From the NCBI GenBank assembly GCA_965116905.1, contig OZ220732.1:1376001-1440000 (forward strand): a stretch of DNA of 64,000 nt. Reading direction: 5' to 3'. This document shows positions 37,711-46,949 of this stretch, piece by piece; within the stretch, counting starts at the first letter, position 1, and each line of letters opens with the position of its first letter. Position numbers and translations under genes: made by a program. The stretch is from Longimicrobiales bacterium. Lineage in GTDB: Bacteria; Gemmatimonadota; Gemmatimonadetes; Longimicrobiales; Gaopeijiaceae. The notes under the pieces are model-generated. The model was not told the origin of the DNA. It ran no database searches and saw only the letters and a program-made list of their open reading frames with translations.

Positions 37711-40704
37711 GTGAGGGCGACATTCTTCACAATGGGGTTTGCGGCCGTCCTGGCGGCGGGCGCCGATGCCCAGCAGGCGAGCCGGACGCAGCCCGTCCAG
37801 GGCATGCGCGACAACGGCACCGGATACCACGCACTGGTGGGAGCCAGGGTCGTGACGGGGCCCGGCCAGGTCATCGACGACGCCACGATCGTGATACGGG
37901 ACGGCCTCGTGCAGGCGGTGGGACGGGGCATGGAGGCACCGGCGGGTGCACGCGTGTGGGACCTCGAGGGACTTACCGTTTACCCGGGCTTCATCGACGC
38001 CCACGCCGACCTCGAGATGGACGCGGTGCCTGAGGGCGGGGACATTGGGCCCACGCACTGGAATCCCCAGGTCAGGGCGTGGTTTTCCACGACCCGGAAC
38101 CTCGCTGACGACGAAGACCGGCGGGCGGCGCTGCGCTCACAGGGCTTCGGCACTGCGCTGGCGGTGCCGAAGGAGGGGATCTTCCGGGGCACGGCTTCGG
38201 TGGTGAATCTCGGGGACGAAGGTGTGCGTGAACGGGTACTCCGGCCGGATGTCGCCCAGGCCATGGGGTTCCAGCGCTCGTTCGAGCTGGGCGGATCGTA
38301 CCCGAACTCCGCGATGGGTACGATCGCGCTCATCAAGCAGACCCTCATGGACGCCGAGTGGTACATGCGCGCCTGGGAGGCCTACGAGTCGAGCGGCCGC
38401 GCCTTCCTCCCCCCGGAGACGAGCGAGGCCCTCGCGGCGCTTGAAGACGTGGTGCAGGGCAATCAGCCGGTCGTCTTCGAGACGGGCAGCGAGGAGGATT
38501 ACCTGCGGGCACACAGTCTCGCCAGCGAGTTCGGGCTGACCCCGTGGTTCCGCGGCAACGGGCTCGAATACCGCCTTATCGACGTGCTGCGCGGACGCAG
38601 CGATCCCCTTGTTGTGCCGCTCGACTTCCCGGACGCCCCCGATGTGGGACACCCGGCGGCGGCACTCGATGCATCGGTCTCCGACCTGCGTCACTGGTAC
38701 CTGGCGCCGACCAACCCGGCGCAGCTGGCCGACGCCGGGGTCCGCTTCGCCATCACCAGCGACGGGCTTTCGTCGCTGAACGAGTTCCTGCCCAACCTTC
38801 GGATCGCGGTGGCGCGGGGACTCGCCACGGACGATGCCCTGGCGGCGCTCACGACGACGCCGGCCTCCTGGCTCGGGATCGACCGCACCCACGGGACCAT
38901 CGCCGAGGGCAAGGTGGCCAACCTGATCGTCAGCGAGGGCGACCTGTTCACCGAGGAGGCCACGGTGCGCGACGTGTGGGTCCAGGGACGGGTCTACGGC
39001 GTAACCCGTCCGGCCCAGATCGATCCCAGGGGAACCTGGCAGATCGCGTCGGACGACGAGTGGGGCTTCGACGCCGCCCTCGTCCTGGAGGGCCCGTTGA
39101 ACCGGTTGCGCGGCTATCTCGACATCGCCAGCACCGGCCCCGAGCTTCCCGGCGGCGCCCGGGTCGACCTCGAGTCGGCCAGTGCGGTTGCCGAGACCGG
39201 CCGGATCCAGGCGCGCTTCAACGGCGAGGTGCTCGGCTACCAGGGCATGGCGCTGCTGTCGGGCTCCGTCCGCGGCGACGAGTTCTACGGGTGGACTTCG
39301 CTCCCGAACGGGGCGGATCCGTCCTTCCGCGGGACCCGCACCGGGGACTTCGAAGGCCCGTCGCGCGGCACCGTGGCGATGGACGTGCCCGAGATCGACC
39401 TGCCGTTCATCCGCCCCATGATGGACTACGGCCGGACATCGATCCCCGAACAGCCCGCCGCGGTCGTGGTGCGCAACGCGACCGTCTGGACCCAGGGTGC
39501 GCAGGGCATGCTCGAAGGTGCGGACCTCCTGGTTCGCGCGGGTACGGTCGAGGCGGTCGGCGTGGACCTCGACGCCCCGCGCGGCGCGGTCGAGATCGAC
39601 GCCGCGGGGAAGCACGTCACGCCGGGGATGATCGATCCGCACATCCATTCGGGCGTCAGCGCCGTCAACGAGAGCGGCTTCGCGATCGTGCCCGAGGTGC
39701 GCATGGGCGACGTCGTCACCCACAACAACATCTGGATGTACCGGCAGGTGGCGGGCGGACTCACCACCGCGCACATCAAGCACGGCTCCGCGAACCCCAT
39801 CGGCGGCGAGAACGTCTTCGTGAAGATGCGCTGGGGCTCGCTCCCCGACGACCTGAAGCTGGAAAACGCGCCGCGCACGGTGAAGTTCGCGCTGGGCGAG
39901 AACCCGAAGCGGCGGCAGGGACGCTACCCCGACACGCGCATGGGCACGCAGGAGATCATCCGCGACCACTTCATGGCCGCGCGCGACTACGAGCGGGAGT
40001 GGCAGCGCTGGGAGGAGACCGGTGAGGGGCTGCCCCCCCGGCGCGACCTGCGCATGGAGGCGATCCTGGACATCCTCGACCAGGAGCTGCTCATCTCGTC
40101 GCACGGCTACCGCGCCGACGAGTTCCTGGCGCTCGTCCGGCTGGCCGAAGAGTTCGGCTTCCGGGTCCAGACGCTGCAGCACGGCGTCGAGGCGTACAAG
40201 ATCGCGCCCGAACTCGCCGAGTCCGGGGTCGCCGCGGTCGTCTGGAGCGACTGGGGCGCCTTCAAGCTCGAGGCGTACGACGCGACGGTGTACAACGCGC
40301 GCATCCTGATCGAGGCGGGTGTCGTGACCTCGCTGCACTCGGACAACAGCGAGATCGCCAGCCGCATGAACTGGGAGGCGGGCAAGCTGCTTCGCACCGG
40401 GCTCACCCCCGAACAGGCGCTCTCGACCGTGACCAACCAGGCGGCCGAGGCGATCGCGATCCACGACCAGGTCGGCTCGCTGGAGCCCGGAAAGGACGGG
40501 GACTTCGTGATCTGGAGCGGCGACCCGCTTTCGCAGTTTACGCGGGCCGAGCAGACCTGGATCGATGGCCGCCGCTACTTCTCGCTCGAGGAAGACGCGG
40601 CCATGCGGGAACAGATCGCACAGGAACGCACACAGCTGATCCAGGCCATCCTGTCCATCGAGGGCGGCGGCGGCCGGAGCGCCCAGACGGAGACAAACCG
40701 ATGA
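37711..40704 (+). CDS. Exported amidohydrolase family protein with two amidohydrolase-fold domains
   Basis: GGGAGG RBS + GTG; first domain PGFIDAHAD, second PGMIDPHIHSG, KFALGENPK, SHGY, QHGVE, LHSD. Confidence 0.88.
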   Translation: MRATFFTMGFAAVLAAGADAQQASRTQPVQGMRDNGTGYHALVGARVVTGPGQVIDDATIVIRDGLVQAVGRGMEAPAGARVWDLEGLTVYPGFIDAHADLEMDAVPEGGDIGPTHWNPQVRAWFSTTRNLADDEDRRAALRSQGFGTALAVPKEGIFRGTASVVNLGDEGVRERVLRPDVAQAMGFQRSFELGGSYPNSAMGTIALIKQTLMDAEWYMRAWEAYESSGRAFLPPETSEALAALEDVVQGNQPVVFETGSEEDYLRAHSLASEFGLTPWFRGNGLEYRLIDVLRGRSDPLVVPLDFPDAPDVGHPAAALDASVSDLRHWYLAPTNPAQLADAGVRFAITSDGLSSLNEFLPNLRIAVARGLATDDALAALTTTPASWLGIDRTHGTIAEGKVANLIVSEGDLFTEEATVRDVWVQGRVYGVTRPAQIDPRGTWQIASDDEWGFDAALVLEGPLNRLRGYLDIASTGPELPGGARVDLESASAVAETGRIQARFNGEVLGYQGMALLSGSVRGDEFYGWTSLPNGADPSFRGTRTGDFEGPSRGTVAMDVPEIDLPFIRPMMDYGRTSIPEQPAAVVVRNATVWTQGAQGMLEGADLLVRAGTVEAVGVDLDAPRGAVEIDAAGKHVTPGMIDPHIHSGVSAVNESGFAIVPEVRMGDVVTHNNIWMYRQVAGGLTTAHIKHGSANPIGGENVFVKMRWGSLPDDLKLENAPRTVKFALGENPKRRQGRYPDTRMGTQEIIRDHFMAARDYEREWQRWEETGEGLPPRRDLRMEAILDILDQELLISSHGYRADEFLALVRLAEEFGFRVQTLQHGVEAYKIAPELAESGVAAVVWSDWGAFKLEAYDATVYNARILIEAGVVTSLHSDNSEIASRMNWEAGKLLRTGLTPEQALSTVTNQAAEAIAIHDQVGSLEPGKDGDFVIWSGDPLSQFTRAEQTWIDGRRYFSLEEDAAMREQIAQERTQLIQAILSIEGGGGRSAQTETNR

Positions 40705-42092
40705 TGACGACGACGACGGAGCGACGAGCGATGAGGGGAGCCCTTGCGCGGTGGGCGGGCATGGCAGCGATGGCCGCCGCGGCCTTGGCGGTCCTGTGCG
40801 CGGCGGTGCCGACAGCCCTCGGGGCGCAGGTGCGCATGACCGTGCCGCCGCAATCCGAGCCCGTGGCACTGCAGGGCGCCACCATTCACACGGTCACCAG
40901 CGGTGTGATCGAGAACGGGACGATCCTCCTGGAGAACGGGTTGATCACCGCGATCGGGGCCGACGTGGAGATCCCGGCCGGGACCCGCGTGGTCGATGCG
41001 ACCGGCAAGCACATCTATCCCGGCCTCATCGACGCCTTCAGCACCGTGGGGATCGCCGAGATCGGCGCGGTGGGCGTCTCCAACGACGTCAACGAACTGG
41101 GCGACTTCAACCCGAACGTGCGCGCGGACGTCGCCGTGAACGCCGAGAGCCGCCACATCGGCACCACGCGCTCGGCCGGCGTGCTCACGACGCTCACGAC
41201 GCCCGGCGGCGGACTCGTCTCCGGCATGTCTTCCGCGATGGCCCTCGAGGGATGGAGCTGGGAAGAGATGTCGATGCAGTCGGCCGCGGCGCTCAACGTG
41301 AACTGGCCGAATCCCAACCCCCGCCGGTTCCGCGGATTCGGCGGCTTCAGGTTCGGTCAGGAACGCGAAGACCCGCCGAGCTACGAGGAACAGGTCCAGC
41401 AGCTCAAGGACTTCTTCGCGGAAGCCCGGGCCTATCGGGACGCGGTCGCCGCCGGTGCTGAGGTGCGCAGCGACTCCCGCTACGCCGCCATGATCCCGGT
41501 CATCGACGGAGACCTCCCCGTCGTGGTCGCGGCCGACGGCGCGGCCCAGATCAACGACGCCATCACCTGGGCGCAGGAGGAGGACCTGCGGATCGTCATC
41601 CGCGGCGGGCGGGACGCCATCCATGTGGCGGATCGCCTGGTTGCCGAGGACATCCCGGTGATCCTGACCTCGACGATGGCCGCTCCCGGGCGGCCATACG
41701 AGGGCTACGACGGCGCCTACTCGATGCCGGCGCGCCTCCACGAGGCGGGCGTGCGCTTTGCGATTTCGGGCGGTTCGGGGTCGCTGTATTCGAACCGGCT
41801 GCCCTTCGAAGCGGGCGTGGCCGTTGCGTTCGGGCTCCCCGAGGAGGAGGCCCTGAAGGCGGTGACGATCAACCCCGCACAGTTCCTGGGACTCGACGAT
41901 CGCGTCGGCTCTCTGGAACCGGGCAAGCAGGCGACCTTCCTGATCACGACCGGAACGCCGCTCGACATGACCACCGACATTGAGCAGGCGTACATCCAGG
42001 GCCGCGAGCTCGACATGATGGACATCCAGAAGTACTTCTTCGAGAAGTACATGGAGAAGGTCCGGCAAGTCATGCGGCGGGTGATCATGTAG
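40701..42092 (+). CDS. Amidohydrolase family protein (partner subunit, metal ligands degenerate)
   Basis: YPGLIDAFSTVG lacks HxH; ALKAVTINPAQFLGLDDRVGSLEPGK. Confidence 0.85.
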   Translation: MMTTTTERRAMRGALARWAGMAAMAAAALAVLCAAVPTALGAQVRMTVPPQSEPVALQGATIHTVTSGVIENGTILLENGLITAIGADVEIPAGTRVVDATGKHIYPGLIDAFSTVGIAEIGAVGVSNDVNELGDFNPNVRADVAVNAESRHIGTTRSAGVLTTLTTPGGGLVSGMSSAMALEGWSWEEMSMQSAAALNVNWPNPNPRRFRGFGGFRFGQEREDPPSYEEQVQQLKDFFAEARAYRDAVAAGAEVRSDSRYAAMIPVIDGDLPVVVAADGAAQINDAITWAQEEDLRIVIRGGRDAIHVADRLVAEDIPVILTSTMAAPGRPYEGYDGAYSMPARLHEAGVRFAISGGSGSLYSNRLPFEAGVAVAFGLPEEEALKAVTINPAQFLGLDDRVGSLEPGKQATFLITTGTPLDMTTDIEQAYIQGRELDMMDIQKYFFEKYMEKVRQVMRRVIM

Positions 42093-42111
42093 GCGGTCGC
42101 GCGCCCGGCCG

Positions 42112-42139
42112 GGGGAGCGGGCGCGGACGCCCGCTCCCC
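42112..42139. terminator. GC-rich hairpin between convergent genes, likely bidirectional terminator
   Basis: GGGGAGCGGGCG-CGGA-CGCCCGCTCCCC, 12-bp perfect stem, no U-tract. Confidence 0.6.
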
Positions 42140-42150
42140 ACCGCCGCCCC

Positions 42151-43182
42151 CTACGCCCCCGGGAACCGCTGCCGAAGCGCGTCCCGCCGCTGCCGGTAGC
42201 TCGCGTGCGGCTGACCACTCGCTCCGCTGTCCGGGTGCCTGCTCCGATTGCGCGCGGCTTCCGCGAAGGCGGCCAGGTGCACGACGGTGTCCTCGGCCAC
42301 CAGTCCGCCCGCCACCAACCCGGTGCCCACGACGCCGACATCGCGCCCCAGGCCCACTCCGGGATGCTCGTCGAAGGTGGCGCCCACAATGCGGTCGAGG
42401 AACGCCCGGGCGCCTGAAGCGGACGAGCGCGACCGCCGCCGCTCACGCCCGAGCGCATCGATGGCGTAGCTGCGCACGAGCTTCGGCAGGAACGCCGCGA
42501 ACGTGTCGGGGCGATCGAAGAGGTCCAGACCATAGCGACGCCCCCGCACCACGAACACGGCGCCGACCTGGTCGTCCCCGGCCTCCACCCCCGCCTCCAC
42601 ACCGGCCACGTAGTCATCCAGCTCCTCGCTGTGCCGGTCGAACATGGCACTCATCGCCTCCGTGGGAGACGACGCCTCCAGCCGGTCGGACTCCTCGGCG
42701 ATCGAGTCCCACACCTGCCCCTGGTCGGAATGTCGGCTGCCGCGCGAGCGCAGCGAATGCCGCACGCTCGCCACCTTCTCCGCCCGCCCCCGCACGTTCT
42801 GCACCCGGTCGGTCACCCCGAAATCCCGCTTGCTGTACGACCACCGCCCCGCTTCCACGCACGACACCGGGATCACCGTCGTTTTCCTGGCGGCCAACAG
42901 CATCGTCAGGTTGGCGACCCGGTTCTGCTTGGCCCCCACCAGCTCCTCGCCGTCGACGATGAGGACGGGCTTGTCGGCACGGTTCCTTACCAGGAGTTCG
43001 GGCACGCTGCCCCCCTCCGAGACCTCGCGGATGGAGACGAGGTCCTTCCGCAAACCATCCTCCAGCAGGAGGTACGAGAGCGGGCTCGAGCGGTCCGACG
43101 TCAGCGGGAACACGGCAAGTCCGCCGTGGTTCATCGGATCCGACAGCGTCAGGCCGGAAAGGGTGCTCTTGACGAGGTCCAT
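42151..43182 (-). CDS. ARPP-1 family (DUF6569) protein
   Basis: EVSEGGSVPEL, LIVDGEELVGAKQNRVAN, IPVSCVEAGRW, QGQVW, KLVRSYAIDA; AAGGAG RBS before ATG 43182. Confidence 0.8.
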   Translation of the reverse strand: MDLVKSTLSGLTLSDPMNHGGLAVFPLTSDRSSPLSYLLLEDGLRKDLVSIREVSEGGSVPELLVRNRADKPVLIVDGEELVGAKQNRVANLTMLLAARKTTVIPVSCVEAGRWSYSKRDFGVTDRVQNVRGRAEKVASVRHSLRSRGSRHSDQGQVWDSIAEESDRLEASSPTEAMSAMFDRHSEELDDYVAGVEAGVEAGDDQVGAVFVVRGRRYGLDLFDRPDTFAAFLPKLVRSYAIDALGRERRRSRSSASGARAFLDRIVGATFDEHPGVGLGRDVGVVGTGLVAGGLVAEDTVVHLAAFAEAARNRSRHPDSGASGQPHASYRQRRDALRQRFPGA

Positions 43183-43195
43183 GGGTCTCTCCTTA

Positions 43196-43260
43196 TGTTG
43201 GCAGTATTGACCAGTTACTTGACAGTAACGGGAAATCACCAGTATGTCAACAGTCAACAC
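43196..43260. promoter_or_regulatory. AT-rich divergent promoter region with phased CAGTA-like direct repeats and TTGAC/GTCAA boxes
   Basis: gCAGTAttgacCAGTTActtgaCAGTAacgggaaatcacCAGTAtgtcaaCAGTCaac. Confidence 0.55.
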
Positions 43261-43287
43261 CAGCGAATAACAGAAGGGAAGTCCGGG

Positions 43288-44196
43288 ATGCCCAGCTACA
43301 CCGCCAGAGAGCTAGAGCGCGAGACGGGCGTCGACCGCCGGACGATCGCCTACTACGTGCAGGAGGGACTTCTGCCCAAGGTCGGGCGCCGCGGCCGCCG
43401 AACCCGCTACCCGAAGCTCTTCCGCGACCGCCTCCTCTTCATCCAGCGCGTGCGAAACGCCGAGGAGGAGGGCGAGGTGTCCGCCGTGTCGCTCAGCGAC
43501 ATCCGCAAGGTGTTCGAACGCGTGCCGCCGGCGCTGATCGCGGGTGTCGCCGACGGCCGGATCGCGGTGACGCCGGACCTGGTGTCGGAGCCCTCGACGG
43601 CATTCCGCGCGCCAGGCATGAGGCGGGCGATTCTGAGGGACCGATGGGTTGGGGAAGAGAGGGCGATGTCCCCGATGCCGGAGCCGCCCTCGCCCGCCGG
43701 CCCGCGCTACTCACCCGGGGCGCCTGCGGAAGACGAGGATTGGGGCGACGACGACGAGGAGCCGCGCGAAGGTGACCTGGTCGCGCGGGAGGAGGGGCCG
43801 CGGGCAGCGGAGCCCGAGCCGTACGCGTCGGAGCCCTCAGATGCGGAGCCGCCGCTGGAGGCGCCGCGACGGAGCGCGCCGCGGAGGAGGGCACCGCAGC
43901 GGGAGGTGGAGGTGCCGCCGGTGTACTCGCGGCTGCCGGAGGACGAGGACGCGGACGCAGACGCGGATGCGGCGCGTGGGCGCGCGGAGGAGATGGCCCT
44001 CGCCAGGGCCCTGCGGCGACTCGAGGAGGTGGCGCGCCGCAGGAACGACGAGTCGCCCAGGTCGCGGGATACCTGGACGCGGATCGGTGTTTCGCCGAAC
44101 CTGGTGCTCTCCGCACGCGGGGTCGGAGAGGAGGACGCGGCCATCGTCGAAAGAGTGCGGCGGGCGATGCGGAGGGTGATCAGGCGGGGGCGGTGA
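43288..44196 (+). CDS. MerR-like HTH DNA-binding protein with long acidic/Pro-rich linker and small C-terminal domain
   Basis: YTARELERETGVDRRTIAYYVQEGLLP...RYPKLFRDRLLFIQRVR; C-terminal WTRIGVSPNLVLSAR. Confidence 0.8.
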   Translation: MPSYTARELERETGVDRRTIAYYVQEGLLPKVGRRGRRTRYPKLFRDRLLFIQRVRNAEEEGEVSAVSLSDIRKVFERVPPALIAGVADGRIAVTPDLVSEPSTAFRAPGMRRAILRDRWVGEERAMSPMPEPPSPAGPRYSPGAPAEDEDWGDDDEEPREGDLVAREEGPRAAEPEPYASEPSDAEPPLEAPRRSAPRRRAPQREVEVPPVYSRLPEDEDADADADAARGRAEEMALARALRRLEEVARRRNDESPRSRDTWTRIGVSPNLVLSARGVGEEDAAIVERVRRAMRRVIRRGR

Positions 44197-44309
44197 ATTC
44201 AGTATACTCCGAAGGAGGGCCCGCATCGGGAGAGCCGATCTCGCTCTCGGTGGGAACTGGACCAACGGCCTGCTGTGCGACCGGGCGGGTCTCCACGTGC
44301 ACCTTGACG

Positions 44310-46697
44310 TCAGGCCCTGGCCAGCGCTCGTTCGAGCCGCACCATCCTGTCACTCTCTTCGTCGAGCCTCTCAGCGACGGGCGCGCTCGTCAGCAGCGAT
44401 TCGATGCGGCGCACATCCTCGGTGTATTCTTCCATTCTCCGAAGGTGCCCCACCCGGGTCTTCGTGCAGACCAGCACTTCGGTGCCTGTACGCCAGCTTG
44501 GCTGGTACTTCAAATCCGGGTGATGTCGGCGGATCTTGTCGATGAGGTGCCAGACTCCGTCGTCACCGGGTTCGAATTCCCGCGCCTGCGCGACCGGATC
44601 CCGGCAGAACTCGCGCAGCTTCGCGCAGATCCGACAATCGCACGTTGTCCGCACCTCGACGGTCCAGTCGGCGGGCTCGACGGGACCCGTCGCGCTGCGC
44701 GCCAGCAGATAATCGACGCACCGACGCCACAGCACCCGGTAGGCCTCCGCATCCTCGATGCCTCCGCGCTCATGCATCTTCATCAAGGCCGTCACGAGCG
44801 ACCGGTCCGGCGTCACGACCTCGGAGTGACCCGCAACGGCCCGAGCGGCGGCGACAGCCTCGTCGGCGATCCCCAGGCGGTGTGCGAGCACGAACAGATC
44901 GCAAATGGCTTGGGCATCGATCCACCTGTCCCCGGAATCGTTGTCCTTGCGGCTGTGGAACCCCCCCTGTCTCGACCGCTCGCGTTCGCTGCGGGCACTA
45001 GCCTCCGACTCCGCCCGAAGTCCGGCTTCCAGGCCCGACAGGGCGCTTCCCACGGCTCCGCGTATCGCATCACGCCGCGCCGCGTCCGCCGGCGTGTCAC
45101 TGCGTCGGCCTGCCAGCGTGAGTAGAGCCACAACCGCGTTCGGGCGCCGCCCCAGGTGTTTCTCAACCAGCTTCGACATGAAGACGCCAGCGTCCGCGGC
45201 CCCGATCAGGTCCAGCACCGCCGCCAGGGACTCATTCTCGCCGCCATCGTAGTCGATCAAGGCCACATGGTGGAGGAAGTCGGCGGCGAGATCTGCCTGG
45301 CCCAGGGCTTGCAGCAGGCGCAGCATCTCGCAGCGGTCCCGTGACCGTGCAAGGCTGCGCCCGCGCCGCCAGATCAGGGTCAGCCTCGCCACCAGTTGCC
45401 GCACATGTTCGCTGTCCCTGCCCTGCGAATCGCTGAAGTGGGCGGCAACCCAGGACACGGCGTGCGCGATGCTGTTGCCAGCGACAATGTCCAGAGTCTT
45501 GTTGGGAGGCCAGACGACCAGCGCCCCATGGCGGTAGACCAGCCCCATCGTCACACCCTCGTTGCCCGTCGGGTGCACGCTACGTTCGGCCGGCTCGCCG
45601 TCCGTGAGCGCGTGTCGAGACATCAGCTCCTGCGCTTCAAGTTCGATGGTGCCGAATGACGGGCGTCCGCCGTCGAGGGCCGCCCAGCCGTCCGCCATGC
45701 GCGCTCGGCGATGGAGCTCCCCGATTACGGCTTGAGGGGCCTCCTGGATGTCGTCGCCCTCCCAGTCGTCCGGCGGACTCTCGCTGGGATAGCCTCTCTC
45801 TTCGATCCTGAGAACGGCCGCGTGCAGCTCGCAGTCCGCGCCGTCCGCAGCTTTGGCAAGCACTTGCGCCACGGCTGCGTCCCTGTTCTTCAGCGTGTCG
45901 AACGACAGGCCGTCCTCGCTGTATTCGTGGTCGAGCACCCATGCCAGTTTGTCGGCACCGCCTTCTTCTCGCCACCGCGCCAGGCAGTCGGCGACCCGTC
46001 TGGTCACTTCCCGGTATTCGGGCGGCGGCAGCAGCTCTGCGGGAGACCCGACGGACAGATTGAAAAGGAGGGAGACGCGGTGGCCGTCCGTGACCGGCAG
46101 CACTTCGTGGGGACAGTCGGCGTAGAAGGCAGCGAACGACAACTCGGAGGGCTCCAAGGCGGTCAATTCGAATGTTGCCGATCGGCCCGAGTGTCGAACG
46201 ACCAGCTCGCCCCCGGCACCGGGTGTCGGCAGCGACAACGATAGGGTCGCCACCATGCCGGGTACCTTCTCGGTGTCCCGGTGTTCGGCGAAGAAGCCTC
46301 CCGGCCCGTAGACGAGGAGCTTGTAGAGCTCGACCTTCAGGCGTTCGACGGGAAGGCCCAGACCGTCGGCCACCAGACCCTTGATCTTCGCGAGCGAATC
46401 GGGCCACGCCCGACCTGTGAGACGGACATGTTCGGCGTCGATTTGCCAACTGTCGCGAACCGTCGTATCCAGAACGGTTTCGGCCCCCTTGCCGTAGGGC
46501 GACCGGGTCGCGGCGGCAATGAGCGCCTCGATCTGTGTTGCCGGCACCGGAAAGGACAATTCGCCCGCGCCCTTGACGGTGACGCACGGCATGGGGGTGA
46601 AGAGAGATCCGCCGACACAGTAGTCGCCCGGCCGGTCCACGGACTCGAGAAGTTCGTTGAGACGCTTCTGAGACGGGGTGGGCTCGGATCCGTACAT
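44310..46697 (-). CDS. Large 2OG-Fe(II) oxygenase-domain protein with helical C-terminal region and CxCxxC motif
   Basis: LYKLLVYGPGGFFAEHRDTEK (HxD), AFYADCPHEVLPVTDGHRVSLLFNL (H...R), CDCRIC. Confidence 0.85.
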   Translation of the reverse strand: MYGSEPTPSQKRLNELLESVDRPGDYCVGGSLFTPMPCVTVKGAGELSFPVPATQIEALIAAATRSPYGKGAETVLDTTVRDSWQIDAEHVRLTGRAWPDSLAKIKGLVADGLGLPVERLKVELYKLLVYGPGGFFAEHRDTEKVPGMVATLSLSLPTPGAGGELVVRHSGRSATFELTALEPSELSFAAFYADCPHEVLPVTDGHRVSLLFNLSVGSPAELLPPPEYREVTRRVADCLARWREEGGADKLAWVLDHEYSEDGLSFDTLKNRDAAVAQVLAKAADGADCELHAAVLRIEERGYPSESPPDDWEGDDIQEAPQAVIGELHRRARMADGWAALDGGRPSFGTIELEAQELMSRHALTDGEPAERSVHPTGNEGVTMGLVYRHGALVVWPPNKTLDIVAGNSIAHAVSWVAAHFSDSQGRDSEHVRQLVARLTLIWRRGRSLARSRDRCEMLRLLQALGQADLAADFLHHVALIDYDGGENESLAAVLDLIGAADAGVFMSKLVEKHLGRRPNAVVALLTLAGRRSDTPADAARRDAIRGAVGSALSGLEAGLRAESEASARSERERSRQGGFHSRKDNDSGDRWIDAQAICDLFVLAHRLGIADEAVAAARAVAGHSEVVTPDRSLVTALMKMHERGGIEDAEAYRVLWRRCVDYLLARSATGPVEPADWTVEVRTTCDCRICAKLREFCRDPVAQAREFEPGDDGVWHLIDKIRRHHPDLKYQPSWRTGTEVLVCTKTRVGHLRRMEEYTEDVRRIESLLTSAPVAERLDEESDRMVRLERALARA

Positions 46698-46756
46698 TGT
46701 CGTTTTCGCTGCATTGAGAGGTGGTGGAGGGGTCCAAAGAGCTGTACAGATCCGAC

Positions 46757-46772
46757 TAGACAGACCAGTCTA
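46757..46772. promoter_or_regulatory. TetR-type operator-like palindrome upstream of the 2OG-Fe(II) gene
   Basis: TAGAC-AGACCA-GTCTA. Confidence 0.4.
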
Positions 46773-46949
46773 TCCAATTCACTGCGGGCATCGCAAGTCC
46801 GGCGGCTGGCTTCGGCCTGCCGGTGCCTCCCGCACTCCACCAGAGGCTCTGGAAGACGACCCGAGCGGGTTTCGTCCCGCGGGAGGGCCCGCCGCAATCG
46901 GGGCTCGCGGGCAGCTCTACGAAGCCGGTGCGGCAGGCGGGCGAAGCTG

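Noticed and set aside
38137..40869. 910-aa minus-strand ORF (and 40575..42650)
   Set aside because: Antisense shadows of the amidohydrolase genes.
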